Shown here: positions 10,385 through 21,700 of the stretch, piece after piece | How the letters are laid out: each line of letters begins with the position of its first letter | Position numbering within the stretch: position 1 is the stretch's first letter | Source of the DNA: Candidatus Heimdallarchaeota archaeon | Lineage (GTDB): Archaea > Asgardarchaeota > Heimdallarchaeia > Heimdallarchaeales > Heimdallarchaeaceae | Assembly (NCBI GenBank): GCA_030603365.1 | Contig: JAUVXV010000015.1 | Location: 40,421 to 104,420, forward strand | Reading direction: 5' to 3' | DNA length: 64,000 nucleotides | Program-made: the position numbers and the translations under genes | Notes under the pieces: generated by a model | The model's input: the letters and a program-made list of their open reading frames with translations, nothing else | Database searches by the model: none | Told to the model about the DNA's origin: nothing

Positions 10385-11620
10385 ATGGGATTAATAATGA
10401 AGGGATTCGCTCGAGATTTGATGGAAATACTGCGTTTATTAGAAAATTATCCACTTAAATCGTTCAGCGAACTAGCTCAAAAAATTAATCTGTCGCCCCA
10501 AACCTTCATTAGACGAGTAGATGAGTTAAGAGCTCAAGATGTTATCCGAGAAGTTCATTCCTCTCTTAATCCCGAAAGTTTACTGTTAGAAAGACATATT
10601 GTAATATTCTTAACAGAATCGATAGAAGAAATCAAAATTTTAGAGCTTGCGTGTGATATTCATCCTTACACCTCTTCAAGAAATAGAATCTTTGGGTCTG
10701 AGTACGGAGTATATACGGTATTCGACATACCTAAAGGTTCTTTCCGTAACCTGAAGCTCTTTCTTGAAAATCTGTTAGTAAGGAAATATTGTGTTAAATA
10801 TTATACCTATAAATCTCAGGGAAGAAGAATATTTTATCCTCAACCTTTTTACAACAATATTACTGATCTTGAGGAATTCGATCTTGATGCTTATCTTGTA
10901 CAATCTACCACTCCTTTGTACACCGGTAAGGGAGGGAGGGAGTCCTCTTTATCCTCTTTAGAATTGCATCCCATAGAACTTCTGATTCTAAGGGACATTA
11001 CTCTTGACTTTAGAACACCAATGAGCCAATTAATAAAAAAGTATCGAAAATACCTGAAATCAAAAAAAGGAGAATTGAGAGAGTACATCTTCCCTGAAAC
11101 TTTTCGACCATATCTTGAAGAATTCTTTCGCGAAGAAAGAACTGAAAATGCAATCTACATGGATTTCAAAAAAAGATATCATGCACTTATAGAAAAACAT
11201 GTAGAAAACTATTGGCTGGGAATAAACAGAAAACATTTCGAGATGTTTATCAGATTCGGGTATATTATACGCAACATCTCTAAAGAAGAAAAATCAAGAC
11301 TCTTCAGTCTTTTAAAGAATGAAAGACCACCATTTAGCATATATATCGAAGATTTAGGTCAGAACTTGTTTCTTACAGTATCTCTACCTCCTTACTATCA
11401 AACTAAACTCTCTTACTTAATGAAAGAAAGGTATGAAAAATTTTCAGCTTACTTGTTGGATAGCTTTGGATATAATGCATTGAAATATAGATTTTATACA
11501 GGGAATTATGATATTGAAAATAAAGAATGGAGGCAAGATGAGGAGTGGATGGTAACTAGGGTCACTAAAGGCATAGAAGAAAAACTAACGAAAAAAGAAT
11601 ACAGAAAAGTAGAAACTTAG
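10385..11620 (+). CDS. Lrp/AsnC-like winged-HTH regulator with internally duplicated architecture
   Basis: SFSELAQKINLSPQTFIRRVDEL; second degenerate copy LHPIELLILRDITLDFRTPMSQL. Confidence 0.7.
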   Translation: MGLIMKGFARDLMEILRLLENYPLKSFSELAQKINLSPQTFIRRVDELRAQDVIREVHSSLNPESLLLERHIVIFLTESIEEIKILELACDIHPYTSSRNRIFGSEYGVYTVFDIPKGSFRNLKLFLENLLVRKYCVKYYTYKSQGRRIFYPQPFYNNITDLEEFDLDAYLVQSTTPLYTGKGGRESSLSSLELHPIELLILRDITLDFRTPMSQLIKKYRKYLKSKKGELREYIFPETFRPYLEEFFREERTENAIYMDFKKRYHALIEKHVENYWLGINRKHFEMFIRFGYIIRNISKEEKSRLFSLLKNERPPFSIYIEDLGQNLFLTVSLPPYYQTKLSYLMKERYEKFSAYLLDSFGYNALKYRFYTGNYDIENKEWRQDEEWMVTRVTKGIEEKLTKKEYRKVET

Positions 11621-11630
11621 AGGAGTAAAA

Positions 11631-12023
11631 ATGGTAAGAGTGTATATTGTTGAGGACAATAGATTAGTGCAGGATTTGTATGTAATGTATTTGTCTAAAA
11701 TGGGACATGAAATAATAGGACAATCATATAATGGTATAGAGGCTTTAGTTGACTTATATTTAAATCACAGGAAGAATCCACCAGATCTAATAATTCTAGA
11801 TTATTTAATGCCAGGAAAGAATGGTTTGGAGCTGTTGCACGACTTACAAAAACTAAATTATATTAAGAATACTAAAGTTATGCTAATTACTGGAGTTACT
11901 GAACAAAAAAGTTCAGCCTTGGAGATGGGAGTGTCCAAATTTCTTCAGAAACCATTTGATTACGAAATATTAAGTCAGTCAATCAAAGAATTAGCATTTG
12001 AGGAGACGACAATTAGGATGTGA
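11631..12023 (+). CDS. Single-domain response regulator (CheY-like receiver)
   Basis: IVEDN, PDLIILDYLMPGKNG (phospho-Asp), LITG, FLQKPF. Confidence 0.92.
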   Translation: MVRVYIVEDNRLVQDLYVMYLSKMGHEIIGQSYNGIEALVDLYLNHRKNPPDLIILDYLMPGKNGLELLHDLQKLNYIKNTKVMLITGVTEQKSSALEMGVSKFLQKPFDYEILSQSIKELAFEETTIRM

Positions 12024-12079
12024 ATTTTCCAGCAACTGTACAAGCTGCAAATTTAACATCATGTTTTTTCTTTTAGTTA

Positions 12080-12808
12080 TTAGAGTTTCTCTAAGAGAAC
12101 TTCCAATGTGAATGGTTTTCCATGACCTGGGTAAATTGTTATTATTTGATATTGTTTCAGTTTTTCAATACTCTCATTATATTCCTCGTGATTGTCGATT
12201 AGAGAGAATTTAGCAGGTTCTTTAGTATTCTCAAGTAAATCTCCACAGAAAAGATTGCCATTATCAGTTAGAAAACCTATAGAACCTTTTGAGTGACCTG
12301 GAAAATGAATTACTTTCGCATCAAAACCATATATGGATAAGTCATCCCCTTCCTCGACATAGATATCTGGTTTAAATCTATCTTGCTTTTTTAAATTCAT
12401 CCTCAGTAAAAATAATGCTGTTTTGAGCAGTATTTTAACGATAATATTCACATTAGATCTACTATAGAAAAAATCTCCATACTCAACCATTCCTGAATCT
12501 TCTTTATGCATTGCAACTTCTGCACCATATTTGTCTCTGAAATAAGCACAGTTTCCAGTATGGTCAAAGTCACCATGAGTTAACAAGATAAGATTAAGAT
12601 TTGCAGATGTACAACCTGCATTAGTGAGTGCTTCTTCGATAACTAGACGCTCACTTGTATAGCCAGTGTCAATTAGAACAAAACCATCGTTAATTTCTAT
12701 TAGAAAACAATTTGTTTTCTTTGAAGTAATAGTTAAAGGAGATGTGGATTTTGATATCACACTATTGTTGAGATGATTCATTGGTTCTTCTTCTGAGTTT
12801 TCAAGCAT
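12080..12808 (-). CDS. Metallo-beta-lactamase fold hydrolase
   Basis: LIDTG, THGDFDHTG, PGHSKGS, FCGD, YPGHG. Confidence 0.9.
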   Translation of the reverse strand: MLENSEEEPMNHLNNSVISKSTSPLTITSKKTNCFLIEINDGFVLIDTGYTSERLVIEEALTNAGCTSANLNLILLTHGDFDHTGNCAYFRDKYGAEVAMHKEDSGMVEYGDFFYSRSNVNIIVKILLKTALFLLRMNLKKQDRFKPDIYVEEGDDLSIYGFDAKVIHFPGHSKGSIGFLTDNGNLFCGDLLENTKEPAKFSLIDNHEEYNESIEKLKQYQIITIYPGHGKPFTLEVLLEKL

Positions 12809-13078
12809 AATTGGGAATAAATTCGTACTTACTTATATGTTTGTAAAAATCAGATTTAAACTCAAAATTACAAATGATTCATCATACTCTGTCGAGAATA
12901 AATATCAGAATTCTAGCTTGGACTTGCTTCCAGTTGAAATAGAGGTGATTTCCACTGCCAAGAAGCTACTGTGATTCTATAAGGAAGAGAATATAATAAG
13001 GTGTCTTCCTGTTTTCTCAAACGAATTTCTTTGCATTGTTTTGAAAAATAAAATTCTAGAAGTAAGATTCCGTGAGAA

Positions 13079-13447
13079 GTAATCTCTCACGGATACATTG
13101 GATCTATCAAATACATGGATGATATTAGTTCAGCTGGATAGCATTATTCGGTTAGTAAGAAGGATTTAGTGAGTTGAAATAAGCATTGGATAAACAAACA
13201 TGAAAGTATAGCAGAAACAATACCTGATGATCTGCTAATTCTGGAAACAGATAATCTACCTGAAGATTCATTTAAACCTCCAGTAAAAGTTCTATCTGAA
13301 GTATATGAAAATGTATCTAGAATCAGAGAAGTAATTGTTGAAGATTTGAAAGAGCTTTGTAGAGGAAATGCACTCAAACTAGTACAAGAAGATTTTAAGC
13401 TAGGAAAAAATTACCATTATATTACAGTTTTCGTAGACGATATTTGA
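13079..13447 (+). pseudogene. tatD: 3' remnant of a TatD-family nuclease with in-frame stops
   Basis: VISHGYIGS..AG*HYSV..S*..IAETIPDDLLILETDN..VLSEVYENVSRIRE..LCRGNA; stops at 13139 (TAG) and 13175 (TGA); no N-terminal half. Confidence 0.7.
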
Positions 13448-13483
13448 TGATCTTTTGGAAACAAACCAGCCAATGATAAAGGA

Positions 13484-16207
13484 TTAATTTAGAGTAAAAC
13501 CATATCTTCTACTTCTACTTTTAAATGCATCCTCGCCCCCTTCTAAGGAAATTACAGATTTCAAAGTTTCAGGACAATCAAGATAACCAGTTTGATTAAC
13601 TTTACCCTTTTTATCACCTAAAGCTTTGATTTCATGTATCAATTCTGAATCAGCTAACACTGGAATGTTGGGATTGTGTGTAACGAATATTTGTTGAGTA
13701 TGATATTTCGATTTACTAATAGCATCAATTACTTGTGTAATAAAATAATGATGATCCATTTCTGATTCAGGAGTATCTATTATCAAGATTCTAGGATTTG
13801 ATTTTTGAAGTAGAATTATACTCAAAATAGTGCCACATTTTTCCCCTAGACTAAGTTCTTCTAGCTGTTCATGTTTTAAATCTTTCAATAATTGTATTCT
13901 AGGCAGGTGGGGCACGGGTTGCATTATAGCATTCATAAAACCTTCATCAATTCTTTTGGTATGAAGAATAGAAACAACTCTTTTATCCACATTTTTCTCG
14001 AGCAACTGAGAGTATTTAGATGTAGAATTTAAATATTCAAACAATTCTAAAGGATGTACAAAAGTTTTTAACAGATTTCTAAATTTAATTTCTTTGTTTC
14101 TAATTTTATATTCATTCCCAGTGAATTTAATAACTAGATTATCAATTACTTCATCCAAATAACGTTTATTACTGAACTCGATTCTAATATTGGGCAAATT
14201 TTTGCTTATGTACGAAGCAGTTTCATCTCTCTTTTTTTGAATTTTTGAATCAATTTTTATAATTTGTTTTATATTCCTAAGTATGCCATTTTCTATTTCA
14301 ATAATTTCCTTGTTTAATTCTTCATACTCAGGAATAAAAGTTTTATTTATTGAAATCAATTCTTCCCTTTTACCATTTAGATTATCAACAATTGCACCAA
14401 CATCATGTGTGGTTTTGTCCAATTTAGATTTGTACTCACTCTCAACCTCATCGTACATCTTTTTCCATTTATCCAACAAACCGCTTATTTCATCATGGAT
14501 TTTAATAGTTAAACTTTCATTTAGTATGCTACGAACTCTCTCTTTCAGCTGATCTATAAATTCGCTATTTTTTACAGAAATTTCATTTATTAAATCATTA
14601 TTCAAAATTGAATCTTTCTCTAAAGTAGGAGTTTTTGGATAAGGTACATCACACATCACAGTAGCTATTTTCTCAAGAAATTTTTGTGTGTTTTTTATAA
14701 ACTTGAATTCTTCTTGCCATTCCTGATAATTTTGGACAAAATCAAATTTAACTAGAGCGGATAGTTCATCAATTCTATCTTCTAAATTTCCTTTTTGGTT
14801 TATTTTTTCTTCTAGGGTTTCAATTTTCTCTTGAATTTCAATAATTTCTTGTATTTTACTTTTAATATATCCACATTCTTTGTTTCTTAGTTTGAAGAGC
14901 TTTTTATCCTCAATATAATCATCAATGAGTTTAAGCTGATCACCGGTTTTCTTAGCTATTTCAACAAGCTCTCCTTGACCATAAATTTCTGTTTCTATAA
15001 GTGTGCTTAATTTTTCAACTTCTTCACGAATAATACTATCATTGTGCAAGTAAAATAGAATTGTATTTCCTTGATTAGAAATATCTTCTACATATGTTCT
15101 CTTCACAATGTACAATTTACCATCATTACCGTAAAAATATACATATACTGAGTTACCGTATGATAGAAGATTCATTATCTTGGATTCATATTCTTTATAA
15201 CCTATTTCAGTAATCGGTAAATCATTGAATGCAAATTGAATCAGATTAACTAAAGTTGATTTTCCAGCACCTCTACCTCCAATCAAAACATTAAGATTAG
15301 GATGAAAAGCTATCAATTCATCCTCAAAATATCCACCTGAAACATGTACTCCCAAAATTCTTTGTTTAGTTATTGATGGTGGATCTTGCCTAATTACTCT
15401 TAATTTGGGTTCTCTCAGTACTTTCTTTAAGTTTTCAAATGTGGGATTTTGCATTTTTAGAAAAGAGTATCTTGAACCGATTTTTCTTTCATCCTCAGAT
15501 GTATCATCTAATGTATGACAATCTGAACCGAATAAACAAGGTCTATAGAGGAAGTTCAAACCTTCATCAGTTCCATCAAAGAACTTTGTATCATTTTCAT
15601 CTCTGATTTCTACAAAGAATGGCAAGTTTTTTATCCTTTCTGCAATCACAACTCTATATGAATCTCGAAATTCGTTTCCAAAGCCTTTATGACTACTTGA
15701 ATGAGCTAGAATAGCAATTCCATTTTTATCATTAATTATTTTGATAACTTCAAACAGACCTAAAGGATCAGGTTTAGCAACTGCAGTTTTTGGATCACAG
15801 TTTTCCTCAATATTAAGAGTTCGAAGAATTGAATTAATCATTGACTCTTCTTCATGTATTGCTATTACATGAACATAAGGATGTTGAGAAGAATCAACAA
15901 GAGATTTAGGTACGTTGATCTCCACACCTGCTAAGACTAATATTCCATACTTCATTGCTTTCTCTTTAAAAATTTCAAAATCCTTAATACAATTATGATC
16001 AGTTAGAGCAATTATTTCTAAACCAACATCATTGGCTTTTTTCATAAGCTTTTCAGCGTATTCATCAACAGTCAGATCTGATTTAACATCATATGAGTTT
16101 AGAGTGTGTATATGTAAATCAGCTTTATAGAATTTAGATGATTTTTCTTCTAAAATACCTAACAAAAGTTCGATATTTGCTTTAATTCTTTCATCCTCAG
16201 ATTTCAT
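13484..16207 (-). CDS. PHP phosphoesterase fused to ABC/SMC-like ATPase (Ppl/TrlF-like defence protein)
   Basis: KADLHIHT, ALTDHN, GVEI, LAH, GSDCH (PHP); Walker A GGRGAGKST, coiled coil, LSLGEK, LIIDTPE, FVTHNPNIPV. Confidence 0.85.
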   Translation of the reverse strand: MKSEDERIKANIELLLGILEEKSSKFYKADLHIHTLNSYDVKSDLTVDEYAEKLMKKANDVGLEIIALTDHNCIKDFEIFKEKAMKYGILVLAGVEINVPKSLVDSSQHPYVHVIAIHEEESMINSILRTLNIEENCDPKTAVAKPDPLGLFEVIKIINDKNGIAILAHSSSHKGFGNEFRDSYRVVIAERIKNLPFFVEIRDENDTKFFDGTDEGLNFLYRPCLFGSDCHTLDDTSEDERKIGSRYSFLKMQNPTFENLKKVLREPKLRVIRQDPPSITKQRILGVHVSGGYFEDELIAFHPNLNVLIGGRGAGKSTLVNLIQFAFNDLPITEIGYKEYESKIMNLLSYGNSVYVYFYGNDGKLYIVKRTYVEDISNQGNTILFYLHNDSIIREEVEKLSTLIETEIYGQGELVEIAKKTGDQLKLIDDYIEDKKLFKLRNKECGYIKSKIQEIIEIQEKIETLEEKINQKGNLEDRIDELSALVKFDFVQNYQEWQEEFKFIKNTQKFLEKIATVMCDVPYPKTPTLEKDSILNNDLINEISVKNSEFIDQLKERVRSILNESLTIKIHDEISGLLDKWKKMYDEVESEYKSKLDKTTHDVGAIVDNLNGKREELISINKTFIPEYEELNKEIIEIENGILRNIKQIIKIDSKIQKKRDETASYISKNLPNIRIEFSNKRYLDEVIDNLVIKFTGNEYKIRNKEIKFRNLLKTFVHPLELFEYLNSTSKYSQLLEKNVDKRVVSILHTKRIDEGFMNAIMQPVPHLPRIQLLKDLKHEQLEELSLGEKCGTILSIILLQKSNPRILIIDTPESEMDHHYFITQVIDAISKSKYHTQQIFVTHNPNIPVLADSELIHEIKALGDKKGKVNQTGYLDCPETLKSVISLEGGEDAFKSRSRRYGFTLN

Positions 16208-16405
16208 TTTTTATTCCCCTCACTTGTATTTTAGTCAAAAAATACTAATATGCAGTATTCATTTTATATATTTAAGTTTTTTTTACATTTTTAATTAGAA
16301 ACGTATGTTTTTCGTTATACAGTAAGATATTGACTCTTCCAAGAAAGAGGACAATTTGAGATCATCAATTTTATTTTTTCGTTTCTAAAGTTCAACAAAA
16401 TAATA

Positions 16406-16966
16406 TCATAAATGCATTATCTCAAAATCCCATTCTCCTTTCTTTTTATCGGATGGAATTCCTCTTCCTTCTCTATAATAGTTTTCATACCAACTTCCCT
16501 TATAGTTAATAAATCGGTAGAAATCAATATTCCTATCTATACTTAGAAAGTAGACTCTTTTAATGTCATCATCATATCTTTTTAGATCCTGAAATTTCTT
16601 AATATCTTTTTGAGCATCTTCATCTTTTAATTTTGGTAAAAATTTAAACTCAAAAACAAACCAAAATCGGCCTATATCTCTTGTCCAAATTTCTTCATAT
16701 TCCCATTCAGAATCTGCTTGTGATTTCATTATCACCAAATCGTAGAAGTAATTATTATCTGGATCTTTATATTGTAGGAACATTCTTATTCCCGGATATT
16801 TATCAATAAAAGGCCTCAGATAGTGATAAAATGAAGCAATTAAAGTATCTTCATAATACATTATCTTTCTATTCTCCAAATCTTCCTTTACTTTTACAGC
16901 CCATACTCTTTCAATTTCCTCCTCTAGTTCACTTATGTTAGGATAATCCTTCCTTCTTTCATTCAT
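16406..16966 (-). CDS. Putative PD-(D/E)XK restriction-endonuclease-like nuclease
   Basis: E-helix (YEDTLIASFYHYL), YDLVI, FEFKF, and DAQKDIKKFQDL helix typical of this fold. Confidence 0.55.
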   Translation of the reverse strand: MNERRKDYPNISELEEEIERVWAVKVKEDLENRKIMYYEDTLIASFYHYLRPFIDKYPGIRMFLQYKDPDNNYFYDLVIMKSQADSEWEYEEIWTRDIGRFWFVFEFKFLPKLKDEDAQKDIKKFQDLKRYDDDIKRVYFLSIDRNIDFYRFINYKGSWYENYYREGRGIPSDKKKGEWDFEIMHL

Positions 16967-17026
16967 TAAACAACCTCCTCTGATTGCACGTAATTATTTG
17001 ACTATACCTTTATTAATATTATGATT

Positions 17027-17052
17027 AACCTTGCATTAAGGTCTCCTTATTG
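17027..17052 (-). repeat. Dispersed intergenic palindromic repeat, copy 1
   Basis: Reverse complement caataaggagaccttaatgcaaggtt matches 30878-30903 at 24/26. Confidence 0.75.
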
Positions 17053-17206
17053 TAATTTCCTTCTTATAAGAAGAGATGATTACTTGCATTATTTTGCAAT
17101 TACTTCTTTACATATATCTAAAATACGGAATTTTATGTTTTCTTTTATAGATTTTCAGAAAAGGGAAACAAAAAGTTTTATTTCTTACCAATTATAATCT
17201 AGATAT

Positions 17207-18274
17207 ATGGGTGAGAATATGGATAAAAGATATCAAGTATTTGTTAGTTCAACTTTTGAGGATTTAAAGGAAGAAAGAAGCGAGATTATTCATGCACTTT
17301 TAGAATTAAATTGCATTCCAAGTGGAATGGAATTGTTTCCTGCAGCAAATGAAGATCAATGGACTCTAATAAAACAAGTAATTGAAGATTGTGATTATTA
17401 TATTGTGATAGTTGGAGGAAGATATGGTTCAATAGGAATTGATGGGACAAGTTATACAGAAATGGAATATGATTATGCAGTAGAATCAGGAAAACCTGTA
17501 ATTGCTTTTTTACATGAAAATCCGGACAACCTTCCAGTTAGAAAAGTAGATAGAGAAACACAGAAATCAGAAAAATTAAACCAGTTCAGATTGAAGCTTA
17601 AAGAAAAAGTGTGCAAAACATGGACTAATGCTGAGAATCTGGGAGCTGTAGTTAGCAGAAGTTTAATTAGTTTGATGAAAACTCATCCAGCTGTTGGTTG
17701 GGTGAGGGGAGATTTAATTCCTGATGAGGACGCAACTAAAGAGATTTTAAATTTAAGAAGAGAAATAGATGAGTTAAATCAAAGATTATCAGAGTATGAA
17801 AAAGAGACAATAACTGATATAGACAACTTATCTAAAGGTGAGGATAAGTTTGATATTATCTATTCATTCAGTGTTACTAGAGGATTATTAGATGTTTATA
17901 CTTATGAATATAACAGCGTAGCTGTTAAATGGAATGAGATTTTTGCTGAAATTGCACCTTTGATGATTGCTGAAGCATCTGAAGAAAAACTTAAGCGGAG
18001 AATAAATAAATTTCTGGAAAGAGAACTTAAGCTCAAAATACCTGACGAACTTCTTAGATTGAAAGAAAAGGGGACACTTAGATTGGGATCCTTCAGAATC
18101 ATTGATAAAAGCTTTGATTCAATAAAAGTACAATTCCGAGCTTTAGGATTAATAGAAAAAAGCACAAAAAAGCGAAGTGTTACAGATTTAAATGCATATT
18201 GGATTCTCACCAGAACTGGGGACTTATTCATGACACAGCTAATGGCAATAAAAAAAGAAGAACAGCCTCTATGA
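17207..18274 (+). CDS. DUF4062 (TIR-like Rossmannoid) domain protein with coiled coil and C-terminal wHTH-like domain
   Basis: YQVFVSSTFEDLKEER, GMELFPA, IVGGRYGS, SYTEMEYDYA. Confidence 0.88.
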   Translation: MGENMDKRYQVFVSSTFEDLKEERSEIIHALLELNCIPSGMELFPAANEDQWTLIKQVIEDCDYYIVIVGGRYGSIGIDGTSYTEMEYDYAVESGKPVIAFLHENPDNLPVRKVDRETQKSEKLNQFRLKLKEKVCKTWTNAENLGAVVSRSLISLMKTHPAVGWVRGDLIPDEDATKEILNLRREIDELNQRLSEYEKETITDIDNLSKGEDKFDIIYSFSVTRGLLDVYTYEYNSVAVKWNEIFAEIAPLMIAEASEEKLKRRINKFLERELKLKIPDELLRLKEKGTLRLGSFRIIDKSFDSIKVQFRALGLIEKSTKKRSVTDLNAYWILTRTGDLFMTQLMAIKKEEQPL

Positions 18275-18707
18275 TGTTCCTGAACCTAGCAGAATCAAAT
18301 TAGAAGAGTTTACTAGTTTAATGGAAATCAGTTCAAGGAAGATCAAATCATTACTATTCAGTGAAAAACCAGAGAATTTGTTAGAGTGGTAGAAAATTTT
18401 TCATTAGATGAGGTCACCGCTGTTCTTCAAATGCTTAATGTAATCAAATTAGCATCAACTTCTTGTTTAGGTAAATTTTCTTCACTTATGTTAGTTTCTT
18501 GTATCTTTTTCTCTTTTCTCTTCTTAGTTTCTTGTTTTTTCACACTCATCTTATCCTAATCCCATTGGAGTTTTACAAATATTAGATATTTAAGTAATAT
18601 AAAATTTTATTAGCTTTCAAATTCAAAAATAATATCGTAGAACCTTTATTTAAGAAGATATAAATATAGGAGAATTATTTAATAATATCTGTGAGGTTGG
18701 TGAAGAA

Positions 18708-21700
18708 ATGGACCCAGTATCAACTTATCTAATTCTCACTCTGATGGTTCCAATAATATCGGAATTTTTTGGAGATAAACTTTTGAATAGAATATTAGAA
18801 AAACTAAAGTCTTTATTTAAGAGATCATCTAAAAACGAGGTTGATTCAGAAAAAATTGAAGAAAAGATGAGTACTTATCTTAATGATATTTTAGATGAAA
18901 ACGGAGAAAATTCTCAAGAGTTCAAGAAGATACCTTCTTTCTTGATACATATGGGAGAGACAATATCCAAAGTGATCAAACTCTCTGCAGATGAACAAGT
19001 CAAACAAATTAGTATTCAAATTTCATCTGAATTTGAAAAACTTGAAGCAAAAACTGAACTACAGTTTAAAGAATTGAAGAATCTATTTGAAGAATTCCAA
19101 TTTAATATACTAAAGTATTCTAAGGATTTAAACGAAATTAACCAAGAGTTAAAAAATCAACTTACCATATTGAGAAAAAAAATCCAAGAATTTGACACAT
19201 TAATTTCAAAAGAAAATTTAATTCCTCTAAATTACTATCTAAATAGACAAGAAAGTAGAAGAATGCTAGAAAGGCACCCAAAATTAATTGGCAGGTCATA
19301 TGAAATTAATAGATTACTTAATTTTCTAAATAGCAATCAAAACGTAATTTTGATATCAGGTCCAGGAGGAGTTGGAAAAACAAGGCTTATACTAGAATTT
19401 GCAAAGGAGGTTATGAAGTTAAATTCTTGGAGTGTAAATTTCATTAACCACAATAAGGAATTCAAAGTTCAACATGAGACAATTAACAGAGTATTGATTT
19501 TGGATGATGCAACTAGGTATGCAGATAAAATGTCTCTTATTGACTATATCATAAACAATTCAAGAATTAATAATATGAAGTTTATTCTTTTGGATCGAAG
19601 TATATTTAGTCAATCCTTGCAATTGGTATTTAAAGAAAAGAATCACAATCTGGAAATTATTAATTTATCAGAAGGTGATGTAAAAGAATTCTTGGATTGC
19701 TATTACAAGGAATTAAATGAGGAAATAAAGAGAGAAATTAGACAAAAATCAAATAACAACTTTGATTTAACAATTCTATTCGCTGATTTCGCTATTAACA
19801 ATCTAGATATCTCAGATCCATTAGAAATACTTGAAACCAAATTAGTGAAATATATAAAGGATATTGCTATTAGAAGGAAAGTAGATGAAATAGATGTTAT
19901 GACAACATTAAGTTTTATATCACTAATCCGTCCAATTAAAATTGATGATCTTAAATTATTAGCACTCGAATCATCATCTATTCTTAAAAATGAAGATATT
20001 ATTAGTGTTTTATATGATGGTACATCAGATCTTTTAGTTTTGAAGGATGACTATGTAGATTTTATCTTTGATTTTTATTCAGATTATTTGAATGCAAAAC
20101 TTATAATCGAGAAGGAAGACATATTTTTACAAAATTTCCATTCTTTGCTTAAAAAACACCCATTAAATCTGACTTTAAACATTTTAGGTTTATCAAGGTT
20201 TTTTGATGTAAGAATAGGTATAAAAGTTGTAGAAATTATAGAGAATATTTGGTCTGAATTGAACAAGATTCAAAAAGTTGAGGTTGACTATTTCTTGTGT
20301 TTAGGATTGTTAACATTTTATTCAGAATATTTCGCATTTATTAATATAAACTCATGCTCATTAGATGCATGGTTTATAAATTACCAGAATCTATATGATA
20401 AGACGAGTGATAGTGAAAATTTAAAAAGACTCCAATTTGAATTCATTTCAATCTTACAAAACTATATCTCTATACATAAATCTGAGTATAATTTAGAGAA
20501 AATTAAAAGAGCTGTTGATTTTGTTAAAAATCTCTCAGAGGAACAAAAAACACAAGATCTCAATATAATGTATGCAAGAAGTTTGGTAAACGCTAGTGCT
20601 GTAACTAGCTTTCACAGCTTAGTAGATGAAACAAACTACTATATAGAAAAAATCAGAAAATTATACGAAACTAGCAGAGACAATCGTATTTTAGAAATCT
20701 TTTCTATTTCACTTAGTAATAGAATATTAGATTCTAGTCAAAGAGAAAATGAAACTGAGTTAATTGAATATATGACTGAGATTCAGAATTTATTTGAAAC
20801 TGAAAACAAAGAATATGTATCAATAGGATTAAGCAACTCACTAAATATTTCCTGTGATTTTTATGGCAAAAAAAACAAATTTGAGAAACTAGAATTCTAT
20901 ATGAGAAAATTAACAGATTTATCTAATGAATTCGAAACAATGCAGATTAGAAGTTCTTTAAATTCTGTTCTATTAAATTCAACAGATGATTATGGAAGAA
21001 ATGGTATGTGGTCAGAATTGGAAAAATCTCTAAATCAACTAGAATTGATATTTGATACCTATCAAGAAGAAGATACACTTGTTAATTGGATAAAAGGTAT
21101 AGCTAATTCAATAAAATACTATGGCAAAAATAAAATGTACAATGAAATGACATTAGGATTGAATAAACTTACACAGATTTATAAAAAACATAGTTTTATG
21201 AATACAGCAGAGTGGATTTCCCATGCTTTATTTAATGCATCTTATCACTATAGTAAAAATATGAGTACAGAACATCTTAAAGGTATAGTAAAGACCATTT
21301 CTTCACTTGCAAATAAATTTGATAATAATGATTTAAGAGAAAAGTATGCAGGAGTACTCTTTAACATAATTAAAACATACGGTGAACTCAAGAATTTTAA
21401 AAATATGGAAGTCTATTTAGGTGAACTTCATTTTCTTCAAAGTAAATTTCCTTTACAGCCAATAAAGCTATTCTACGTGAAAGCTTTAGTGGATTGTTTT
21501 ACCTATTATGCTATGGACTCAAATAATACAAAAGCAAAAGATTGTCTGAAAGAAATTGAAGAAATAAATAAAGTTTTGAATAATCATGAAATAAGGGAAA
21601 AGTATGGTTTTGTACTTACAAATGCTATACATTTTTATGGAATGAACAAAGAACCGAAAAATATTGAATCAATTATTGAAAAACTGAAAATCCTATTTGA

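Noticed and set aside
13144-13377. Minus-strand 77-aa ORF
   Set aside because: Antisense to the tatD remnant, which carries the recognisable motif
18427-18549. 40-aa Lys/Glu-rich minus-strand ORF inside the island
   Set aside because: Low complexity and no motif; may be a remnant but cannot be assigned
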